64,000 nucleotides of DNA. It comes from Ignavibacteriota bacterium. Its GTDB lineage: Bacteria; Bacteroidota; Ignavibacteria; UBA10030; UBA6906. The position numbers and the translations under genes are program-made. Positions within the stretch are counted from its first letter, which is position 1; each line of letters starts with the position of its first letter. The stretch is taken from contig JADJHP010000006.1 of the NCBI GenBank assembly GCA_016707525.1, forward strand, positions 184,817 through 248,816. The letters run 5' to 3'. Shown in pieces: positions 47,480-55,932 of the stretch. Under the pieces are notes generated by a model. The model ran no database searches and was not told the origin of the DNA. It saw only the letters and a program-made list of their open reading frames with translations.

Positions 47480-49543
47480 ATGAAGAACATAGGCGTAGTT
47501 GTCCTCATCACACTGTTCCTTCTCGGCCTGGCACCGCAGGCGGCCCGGGCGCAGGGGTATGAGACCCAATGGATCTCGATCGGTTCGCTCCAGAACTGGT
47601 ATGCGAACATGGGGGCCGAGATCGAGGAGGGACGTGTCAAGAAACAGCAGGATGGACTCCAGTGGGAGGCCATCTATGCGAACCAGGACATGCAGGCGGC
47701 AAAAGGGTTGTGGATCGGAGCGATGAATTTCCGCGACCCGGACGGCACCGTGTATCCCCACAAGGTGATCGGCGTCGGTCCGCGTTACGACGGCAAGAAT
47801 GTCTTCACCCCCACGCTGTTCGAGTTGGTCGCGAAGATGGAAGCCCCCTCGGTGACCGTGGACGGGGTGAGCACGACCGGGCGGCTTGTGGACATCAAGC
47901 GTATCGATCCGACGATCCCCGGCGAGCGCATGATCGTCAATGAGCTGACGACCGCGCTCGGGCTCAAGATGACACGCAAGATCTACGCGTTCAGCCAGCA
48001 GTACCATGACAATTACATCATCAGCGACTATCGTTTCACGAACACCTCGAGCGTGCGGCTGGATTCGGTGATGTTCTACTTCCAGTACCGTCTGGCCGTC
48101 TGTGCGACGACGCGGTACGTCATCGGCAATGCGACGGGGTGGGGCATCAACACGATGCTTGATGTGCGCGGTGATGGCCTCAAGGCCGACGTGGACGATG
48201 CGGTGAACGTGCCGGGCGTGTATACCGCGCCGCACATGCGGCTCCAGTATGTCTGGCACGGCAAGTATCCGTCGTTCACGCAGTATGACAATCTCGGCGG
48301 CCCGATCTGGTCGCCTGCCTCGGTCGCGAACTACGGCGATCCGGCCGATTCGGTTGGTCGCCTGGGTGCCGCGCAATTCGTCGGTATCGGCACGATCCAT
48401 GCGGACCGGTCCGCGGCGGACAGCACCGATGATCCGGCGCAACCGTCGACGACATCCTATGAAGGGTCGGACGAGGCCTTTGCCTCCGCCGATGCCGACA
48501 TGTACAATGCGGCGCGCATGACGGCGAAGTACACGACGTGGATGCGCCGCGGCCATCGCGCCCCGCGCCATGCGGATGTCGTGGAGCCGACCGGCACCTT
48601 CAATGATCCCAAGGGCGATCCGGCGCTCGGGACGCCGGGCGGATTCTCGAATGCCAACGGGTATGGCCCGTACACGATCAACCCCGGCGAGGATGTCCAT
48701 ATTGTCATGGTCGAAGCAGTGGGAGCCCTGAGCCGCGAAAAGCAGATCTCGGTGGGGCGGAAGTTCAAAGCGGCGACGATCACCGCGAAAGCGAAGAACG
48801 ACTCGGTGCTGACCGGGAAGGATTCGCTCTTCCAGACCATGCGCCGCGCGATCGCGAACTACAAATCGGGCTTTGCGTTGCCGCCCGCGCCGCTTCCGCC
48901 GAAGATCCTCACGGTCACGTCGGCCGGCGACAAGATCGGGCTCACATGGGACACGTACAGCACACCTGATCCCGCCCTCGCAGGGTTCCGCGTCTATCGC
49001 TCACTTGGCAAGACGGACGGTGAGTACACGATGCTGGCGCAGGTTCCGAAGACCGCACGCTCCTTCGACGATACCACCGCTCTCCGCGGCCGTGCATACT
49101 ACTATTACGTCGTCTCCGTCGGTGATCCGGCGTTGAACACCGGTCAGGCACTCACGCCCGCCGGCGTCCCGCTCATGAGCAGCCGCTATCATACGCAGAC
49201 CTACGAGCCGGCCTATCTGAAACGCGCCCCCGGCCTGGCGATGAGTGAGATCCGGATCGTGCCGAACCCGTACAGCGTCTCGGCGCCGTTGAAAACCCTC
49301 CGCTTCGATGGCGAGGGGGACAAGATAGCGTTCTTCAACATCCCGGGACAGTGCCGGATCCGTATCTTCACCGAGCTGGGCGAGCTCATCAAGGAGATCG
49401 AGCATCTGGACGGCAGCGGCGATGCCTACTGGAACTCCGTCACCTCTTCGAATCAGGTGATCGTCAGCGGCATCTATATCGTGGTCTTTGAGAACTTGCA
49501 GACGGGCGAGCGCATCATCAAGAAACTCTCCGTCATCCGTTAA
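47480..49543 (+). CDS. Cassette C gene 2: 687-aa secreted protein, shorter divergent paralog of the cassette A/B large proteins, with variant CTD-like tail
   Basis: GAGGAAG 47471-47477. Signal MKNIGVVVLITLFLLGLAPQAARAQ. Shared blocks IISDYRFTNTSSVRLDSVMFYFQY and KIGLTWDT..GFRVYRS..RAYYYYVVSVGD. Tail IRIVPNPY..CRIRIFTELGELI..GIYIVVF..KLSVIR. Confidence 0.75.
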   Translation: MKNIGVVVLITLFLLGLAPQAARAQGYETQWISIGSLQNWYANMGAEIEEGRVKKQQDGLQWEAIYANQDMQAAKGLWIGAMNFRDPDGTVYPHKVIGVGPRYDGKNVFTPTLFELVAKMEAPSVTVDGVSTTGRLVDIKRIDPTIPGERMIVNELTTALGLKMTRKIYAFSQQYHDNYIISDYRFTNTSSVRLDSVMFYFQYRLAVCATTRYVIGNATGWGINTMLDVRGDGLKADVDDAVNVPGVYTAPHMRLQYVWHGKYPSFTQYDNLGGPIWSPASVANYGDPADSVGRLGAAQFVGIGTIHADRSAADSTDDPAQPSTTSYEGSDEAFASADADMYNAARMTAKYTTWMRRGHRAPRHADVVEPTGTFNDPKGDPALGTPGGFSNANGYGPYTINPGEDVHIVMVEAVGALSREKQISVGRKFKAATITAKAKNDSVLTGKDSLFQTMRRAIANYKSGFALPPAPLPPKILTVTSAGDKIGLTWDTYSTPDPALAGFRVYRSLGKTDGEYTMLAQVPKTARSFDDTTALRGRAYYYYVVSVGDPALNTGQALTPAGVPLMSSRYHTQTYEPAYLKRAPGLAMSEIRIVPNPYSVSAPLKTLRFDGEGDKIAFFNIPGQCRIRIFTELGELIKEIEHLDGSGDAYWNSVTSSNQVIVSGIYIVVFENLQTGERIIKKLSVIR

Positions 49544-50577
49544 TGAACGAGCATCGGGGCCTTTCCATGAGAACACAACGTGGTGTCGTGAGCTTCATCG
49601 CTCTGCTGTGCGTTCTGACGGCGATCGACGCTCCTGCGCAGCAGAAACTCGCGCAGACCGGTATGAAATTCCTGAATGTCCTGCCCGATGCCCGGGCCGC
49701 GGCCCTGGGCGAAGCGATGACATCGCTCGAAGGGCCGGCGTCATCCCTCTTCTTCAATACCGCATCGATGGGCCGGATGACCGGGCTGTCAAGCATGTTC
49801 GTCAGCCACACACAGTGGATCGCGGACATCAAGCATATGTATGCGGCCGCGGCGTTCAGCCCCTTCGATGGCGAGTACGGCGTGATCGGATTCAACTTCC
49901 AGGCGGTCGATTACGGGGTCTTCGAAGAAACGATCCTATGGAACAACGATGCGGGGTATCTCGACCTCGGCACGTTCAAGCCGTCGGCGATCATGGTCGG
50001 CATCGGCTATGCACGTGCGCTGAACGACAAGTTCTCCGTCGGCGGGAACGTGAAGTATGTGCGGCAATCGCTGGGCGATGGCACGAACGCTCTTGCTGCC
50101 AATGGCGACCCGGTGAAGGTATCCAATACGACCAGCGTCTTCGCCTTCGACTTCGGGATCCTGTACAAGACCGGGTTCAAGAGCCTGAACTTCGGCATGG
50201 CGATCCGCAATTTCGCGAAGGAGGTCATGTATCAGAAGGAAGGCTTCCAGTTGCCCTTGACCTTCAGGGTCGGCGTCTCGATGAACGCGCTCGACTTGAC
50301 GGATGCTGATCCCACGATGCACAAGTTCCTGATGGCGGTGGATGCCGAACATCCGCGCGACTTCGCGGAGCAGGTGCGGCTGGGCGGGGAGTATGTGTTC
50401 ATGGATATCCTCTCCCTGCGGGGAGGGTATGTTTCGGGCGGCGATGAGTATGGGATGAGCTACGGCGTCGGGCTGAAGAAGGACTTCGACGGCTTTGGGT
50501 TGAGCCTGGACTATGCGCGCACGCCGTTCGGGGTCTTCGGAGCCGTCAACCGGTTCTCGTTCCAGTTCTCTCTCTAA
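49543..50577 (+). CDS. Cassette C gene 3: divergent PorV/PorQ-like outer-membrane beta-barrel
   Basis: ATG 49543 overlaps the upstream TAA (TAATG); ATG 49567 (MRTQRGVVSFIALLCVLTAIDAPAQQ) is the alternative start. Motifs GMKFLNVLPDARAAALGEAMT, LPLTFRVGVS and DAEHPRD are collinear with the A and B barrels. Ends FQFSL. Confidence 0.55.
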   Translation: MNEHRGLSMRTQRGVVSFIALLCVLTAIDAPAQQKLAQTGMKFLNVLPDARAAALGEAMTSLEGPASSLFFNTASMGRMTGLSSMFVSHTQWIADIKHMYAAAAFSPFDGEYGVIGFNFQAVDYGVFEETILWNNDAGYLDLGTFKPSAIMVGIGYARALNDKFSVGGNVKYVRQSLGDGTNALAANGDPVKVSNTTSVFAFDFGILYKTGFKSLNFGMAIRNFAKEVMYQKEGFQLPLTFRVGVSMNALDLTDADPTMHKFLMAVDAEHPRDFAEQVRLGGEYVFMDILSLRGGYVSGGDEYGMSYGVGLKKDFDGFGLSLDYARTPFGVFGAVNRFSFQFSL

Positions 50578-50630
50578 TATCCCGGGATACTGTACCACTG
50601 AGTTTGACGATCGATAACAGGACTGTTCGC

Positions 50631-51819
50631 ATGAAAACTCCAATGCTGAGAATCGCGGTCCCCGGGTTCGCACTGCTCTCCGTACTGATGATGGCAGGGT
50701 GCAACGAGGAACCGCCTGCAAGCCTCTACAGCGACAACTATACAACGCGTCCGCAGCCGGTCGTGAGTACGCTGAACCCGGCCACCACGGCGCTGGCGGG
50801 CGTCACCACCATCACCATCACCGGTACGAATTTCTCGGCGGTCGCCTCCGAGAATCAGGTGTACTTCGATGCGACGCCGGCCACGATCCTGACGGCCGGC
50901 ACGACGCAGTTGACCGTGCGCGCACCGAACCTGGTGAAGGATACCGTGCAGGTGCGGGTATCGGTGTACAAATCGGACAAGTACAGCGAAGCCAGGCAGT
51001 ATAAGCTGCTGGCAGCGGTCAGCGACTTCGGCGGGTTGGCCAAGACCGACGAGCCCTGGGCGGTCACGGCCGATGCGGCGGGGAATGTGTATGTCTCCAT
51101 TAGCGCATCGGGAGTGAAGAAGATCACGCCGGCGGGTGTGAAAACGGACTATGCCACGCATGCCGCGGGCGTCACGAAATGGTCCGCGATGAAGATCGGG
51201 CCTGGTGGCGTGCTGTACAGTGCCCGTATCCTGCGCGTCATCTACACGACGCCGGCAGGGGGGGGCACCGGCGATCTGGGTGACCGGCAGCGCGATCGGC
51301 AATATCTATGATCTGGATTTCGATGCGCAGGGCAACTGCTGGGCGGGCGGGAACAATGCTTCGATCTACCGTGTGAAGCAGGACAAAACGATCAAAGCCT
51401 TCCCGTTCACCTGCAATGCGCGTGCGATGCGCGTGTATAACGGGTATCTGTATGTCGGCGGCAAGGTGGACACCACGGAGGGCGTCTGGCGTGCACCGAT
51501 CATCAGCGCCGACAGCCTCGGAGCGTTCGAACAGTACTACAATTTCAGCGCGTCCTATTCCGGCTCTGTGGTGAATGCGGTGACATTCGCTGCCGATGGC
51601 GACATGTACATCGGTACGGATGCGGCGGCGGCGGTGGTGATCGTGCATCCCACCAAGGCCGCCGAGCCGTTGTACCCGGGCCTCTTCAGTCCGACCACGC
51701 TGCTCTTCACCTGGGGCAAGGACGACGATATGTACCTGATCCGTTCGGTCAACACGCCGCAGCTGATCAAGTCAACGATGCTCAAGCCTGGCGCGCCGTA
51801 CTATGGCGCCACATTGTGA
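50631..51819 (+). pseudogene. IPT/TIG + NHL/beta-propeller-like lipoprotein gene interrupted at a G8 tract (+1 relative to the intact frame)
   Basis: Lipoprotein signal MKTPMLRIAVPGFALLSVLMMAGC. IPT-like ITITGTNFSA..VYFD..LTVRAP. Frame 3 stops at 51311 and frame 1 continues (APAIWVTGSAIGNIYDLDFDAQGN..) to 51819. The locus is 1189 nt, one more than a multiple of 3. Confidence 0.6.
51258..51265 (+). repeat. G8 homopolymer at the frame-shift point of the lipoprotein gene
   Basis: gcaGGGGGGGGcacc. G7 (or G10) would restore one continuous ORF. Confidence 0.9.
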
Positions 51820-51857
51820 TACATAGTCCACACTCAACCAACAGAAAGGGTCACGTT

Positions 51858-53309
51858 ATGAAGGCAGTCTACACGGTTGTTCTCCTGATGCTGGTGGTGG
51901 CCGCGAGCGCATTCTCGCAGTCGCACACCTGGCAGCACATGGGGGTTTTCCCGCCGTCACATGGGGTCGTCGGTGACACGTTGTTCGGGAATGGTATGCA
52001 TGGCCTTGCGGTCGATGGCGACGGCAAGATCTGGGCACAGCATTATTATGCCATCTCACGGGACAGCCTCCTCATTCCGAACTACATGGCCGACAAGGAC
52101 ACCGCCGGCGGCGTGGATAGCATCGAAGCCCGCAAGATCACGGTGCGCGCGCTGTATTGCTTCAACCCCGACGGTACCCAGCCGGCATGGTCCCCGCTGA
52201 AGGTCCTCAACATGCCTGGCGGCAAGAAGGACACCATCGGCGGCTACTCGGTGTATGTGAAAGGTAAGCTGGTGTGGCATCCCACGCTGAGCTCGCGCGG
52301 CGCCGGCGTGGGCCTGCGTGCCGACTGGCAGGGGAACATCTATGCCCTCTGGTTCAACAACGTCTACAAGATCGACCATAAGACCGGTGACGTGATCAGC
52401 AAGTTCGTGGTCAATACGAATGGCAGTCTGGTCGCTCCGGGCGTGGATCAGGATGGGAACGTGTTCGTGAACCGTGTGGTCACGGACGGGTATCCGCTGT
52501 GGGTTCATGACAATTCCGGCAACTTCCTCCAGTACGCGCGTGATACCCTGCGGGGATTCTCGCGCGCCCTCGAGGTGAGCAAGGATGGCAATGACATCTA
52601 TTATGCCGGCTTCACGCTGCATACGATCATCCGCTACCGCAATTCCTCCGGGTCCGGCGTGCTCGGACCGTGGGACCAGGTGGACAGCGTGATGAAGGGC
52701 TTCGACTGCGAATCGATCGTCTGGAATCAGAAGACCATGCAACTGTGGGCCTCTTCCGGTTCCTATAACGACCTGCCGAACCGCTACCCGGGTGTCACAA
52801 CGACCCATGACCCCGCGGCATGGTATGCGTACAATCCCACGACCGGTCAGCTGACGGGCGAGAAGATCAATTGGGAGTTCGGCGTCGCGGCCAACGTCAA
52901 CGAGCGTCCGCGTGGTATCGCGTTCAGCCCGGGCGGCGATACGGCCTATGCGTGCGTGTTCGGCGGCAACGCCGGTCCGCCTCCCGGCCTCCGCTGGTTC
53001 ACGCGCAAGCTGACGAGCGTGGAACAGACGGAAAGCGCTATCCCGTCGGGCTATACGCTGTCGCAGAACTACCCGAACCCGTTCAACCCGTCGACCGAGA
53101 TCCAGTTCACGCTTACAAAGAGCGGCATGACCACCCTGAAGGTGTATGACATGCTGGGCCAGGAAATTGCCACCCTTGTGAACGAACAGCTGAATGCCGG
53201 TACGTTCAAGTCGAAGTTCGATGCGTCACGCCTGTCGTCCGGGACCTACGTCTATGTCCTGACCTCGAACGGGACACGCCTCGTGAACAAGATGCTGCTC
53301 ATGAAGTAA
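51858..53309 (+). CDS. Beta-propeller-like T9SS cargo protein
   Basis: Signal MKAVYTVVLLMLVVAASAFSQ. C-terminus LSQNYPNPFNPSTEIQF..VYDMLGQEIATL..GTYVYVL..KMLLMK. Confidence 0.8.
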   Translation: MKAVYTVVLLMLVVAASAFSQSHTWQHMGVFPPSHGVVGDTLFGNGMHGLAVDGDGKIWAQHYYAISRDSLLIPNYMADKDTAGGVDSIEARKITVRALYCFNPDGTQPAWSPLKVLNMPGGKKDTIGGYSVYVKGKLVWHPTLSSRGAGVGLRADWQGNIYALWFNNVYKIDHKTGDVISKFVVNTNGSLVAPGVDQDGNVFVNRVVTDGYPLWVHDNSGNFLQYARDTLRGFSRALEVSKDGNDIYYAGFTLHTIIRYRNSSGSGVLGPWDQVDSVMKGFDCESIVWNQKTMQLWASSGSYNDLPNRYPGVTTTHDPAAWYAYNPTTGQLTGEKINWEFGVAANVNERPRGIAFSPGGDTAYACVFGGNAGPPPGLRWFTRKLTSVEQTESAIPSGYTLSQNYPNPFNPSTEIQFTLTKSGMTTLKVYDMLGQEIATLVNEQLNAGTFKSKFDASRLSSGTYVYVLTSNGTRLVNKMLLMK

Positions 53310-53365
53310 CGATGTCTCTTTACGGGAAACACCTCGTGGTCACACACGACAGATGATGCAAACAG

Positions 53366-53398
53366 CAGAGGCATCCGGCACAACGCCGGATGCCTCTG
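53366..53398 (+). terminator. Hairpin terminator candidate
   Basis: 14-bp stem CAGAGGCATCCGGC / GCCGGATGCCTCTG with a 5-nt loop. The U-tract is weak. Confidence 0.5.
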
Positions 53399-53482
53399 TG
53401 TCATATCGGTCCGCCCGGATGGACGTCGTGTGCGACGACGGACGGATCGTTTCCGAAACCGGTTTTGTAAGGGGCTGTATCC

Positions 53483-55861
53483 ATGTCCATGATCGTCCGC
53501 TGTACCGTTCTCGTCCTGCTGATGTCTCTGGTGTCCGGTGTGCTCTCTGCCCAGACGCCCCCCAAACGTGAATTCCGTGCAGCATGGCTGGCCACGGTGG
53601 ACAATCTTGATTGGCCGGTGCGTGGCGACACGCCGCAGAACCAGAAGAACCAGCTCCTCGTCCTGCTGGACGGGATGAAGGCGGCGGGTATCAACACCGT
53701 GATCTTCCAGGTACGCCCCGAATGCGACGCACTGTACGCATCACCCTATGAACCATGGTCGTATCATCTGACCGGCACCCAGGGGAGCGGGCCGTCGCCC
53801 TTCTATGATCCGCTGGAGTATGCGGTTCAGGAAGCACACAAACGGGGGATGGAACTCCATGCCTGGTTCAATCCGTACCGTGCTGAGAAGGCGATCAACA
53901 GGTATCCGCTCGCATCGAGCCACGTCTATGTGCAGCATCCCGATTGGATCCTGACTTTCCCGAGCTCCAATCTCCGCATCCTGAATCCGGGCCTCGAACA
54001 GGTCCGCGAGTTCGTCGCCCGCGTGGCTGCAGACATCGTCCGCCGGTACGACGTGGACGGCATCCATGCCGATGACTATTTCTATCCCTACAGTCCGATC
54101 ATCTCCACCGAGGACGCAGCCACGTTCACGGCCTATCCCCGGGGTTTCACGAACATCGGGGACTGGCGGCGCGACAATGTGAACCTGCTCATGAAGATGA
54201 TCATGGACAGCGTGAACGTGATCAAGCCCTATGTGAAATTCGGCATGAGTCCATTCGGCATATGGAAGAACGGCGTCCCCCCGGGGATCACCGGGCTTGA
54301 TGCGTACGGCTCCATCTATGGCGATGCGATCGCCTGGCTGCACCAGAAGAGTGTGGACTACCTGACACCGCAGTTGTATTGGAAGATCGGCGGGAGTCAG
54401 GACTACCTGAAGTTGAGCGCCTGGTGGGCCGACTCCTGTGCACGGAACGGGCGGCATCTGTACCCCGGGCTCGCTTCCTACAGGATGTCGTCCGGCTCCG
54501 GCGATTGGCCGGCGTCCGAGATCCTCTCGCAGGTCCGCGTGAACCGGGGAAATGCGAAGATCCAGGGCGAGGTCTACTTCCGGGCGGCACTGGGCCTCAT
54601 CGAGAACACCAAAGGATTCGCCGATTCGCTGCGGTTGGGGATGTACAGCAGCCCGGCGCTCCTGCCACAGATGATGTGGAAGGATACCATCGCGCCCTTC
54701 ATGCCGCGCAATATCCGGTATGAGAAGATCTCCCCATCCGCCCCTGCCGCGATCCTCTGGGACCTGCCCCTCAGCGCGCCGGATGGCGATTCGGCGAAGC
54801 GGTATGCCGTGTACCGGTTCAACCATACTCCGTCGCTCCCGGCCGAGCTCGCCGATCCACGGAATATGGTCGATGTGGTCGGGGCGCGTTCGTTCACACC
54901 ACCGACCCCGCCACCGGGCGGCCCGTACTCGTATGTCGTCACGGCGCTCGACAGGAATTACAACGAGAGTGAGCCGAGCAGCATCCTGCTTATCGGCGCC
55001 CCGGCCGTGCCGGTGCTCGCCAGCCCCGGCCCGCTTGCCATCGAGATGCCGGAGAGCCTTACCGTGCGCTGGAAGTCCGATCCACTTGTTGCGTCCTCTC
55101 ACGTGCAGGTATCGCTGGATTCCGCCTTCGCCGGGACGCTCATTGTGAACGACTCGACGGTCACCGACACCGCGCGGGTGGTTCGCGGCTATCCGGGTCT
55201 GACGGCGGTGCACTGGCGTGTGCGCGCACGGAACGCGGCGGGCGCTTCGGCCTTCTCCGCACCGCGCGTGTTCTACGGCGGCTTCCCTGCAGTGGCTCTG
55301 GGCGTGTATCCGCCGAACTCCGCGCTGGATATTCCGACCAGCGCGGCGCTCCGCTGGGGCGCGGCGCCGGCGGCCACATCGTATCGTGTGCAGGTCGCCC
55401 TCGCAACCACGTTCGCTCCTGCGCTTGTCGACACCGCGGGTCTCGTGGATACGACGTTCTCCCCCGTCGGGATGCAGAATTACAAGATCTACTTCTGGAG
55501 GGTGAAGGCGACCAATACCTTTGGTACCAGCGATTGGTCGATCGCGTACCGCTTCCGCACGGTCCAGGCGACCGGTGTTGAAGAGGAAGAGTTCCCATCC
55601 GAGTACACACTCGCGCAGAATTATCCGAATCCCTTCAATCCGGTCACCACGATACGGTTCACGGTCCCGCGGTCGGGATATGTGCGCCTGAATGTGTTCG
55701 ATCTGCTGGGCAGGGAAGTCGCGTCGCTGGTGGACAGCGAACTGCCGGCCGGCGCATATGCCGTGCAATGGGATGGGTCCGGTGCGGCGAGCGGGATGTA
55801 TGTCTACCGTATGCAGGCAGGTGATTTTGTCCGGATTAATCGTATGTTATTATTGCGTTGA
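53483..55861 (+). CDS. Glycosyl-hydrolase-like family 10 (GHL10/YngK-type) protein with Fn3-like modules and T9SS CTD
   Basis: Signal MSMIVRCTVLVLLMSLVSGVLSAQ. EFRAAWLATVDNLDWP, GINTVIFQVRPECDALY, GMELHAWFNPYRA and DGIHADDYFYP are typical of the YngK-like family. CTD LAQNYPNPFNPVTTIRF... Confidence 0.75.
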   Translation: MSMIVRCTVLVLLMSLVSGVLSAQTPPKREFRAAWLATVDNLDWPVRGDTPQNQKNQLLVLLDGMKAAGINTVIFQVRPECDALYASPYEPWSYHLTGTQGSGPSPFYDPLEYAVQEAHKRGMELHAWFNPYRAEKAINRYPLASSHVYVQHPDWILTFPSSNLRILNPGLEQVREFVARVAADIVRRYDVDGIHADDYFYPYSPIISTEDAATFTAYPRGFTNIGDWRRDNVNLLMKMIMDSVNVIKPYVKFGMSPFGIWKNGVPPGITGLDAYGSIYGDAIAWLHQKSVDYLTPQLYWKIGGSQDYLKLSAWWADSCARNGRHLYPGLASYRMSSGSGDWPASEILSQVRVNRGNAKIQGEVYFRAALGLIENTKGFADSLRLGMYSSPALLPQMMWKDTIAPFMPRNIRYEKISPSAPAAILWDLPLSAPDGDSAKRYAVYRFNHTPSLPAELADPRNMVDVVGARSFTPPTPPPGGPYSYVVTALDRNYNESEPSSILLIGAPAVPVLASPGPLAIEMPESLTVRWKSDPLVASSHVQVSLDSAFAGTLIVNDSTVTDTARVVRGYPGLTAVHWRVRARNAAGASAFSAPRVFYGGFPAVALGVYPPNSALDIPTSAALRWGAAPAATSYRVQVALATTFAPALVDTAGLVDTTFSPVGMQNYKIYFWRVKATNTFGTSDWSIAYRFRTVQATGVEEEEFPSEYTLAQNYPNPFNPVTTIRFTVPRSGYVRLNVFDLLGREVASLVDSELPAGAYAVQWDGSGAASGMYVYRMQAGDFVRINRMLLLR

Positions 55862-55932
55862 TTCTGTGTCATTGCCGGAACAGCCAATGGATCTCCCTGT
55901 CATGTTTCATGTCCAGGCCGAAAGGGTCATCT

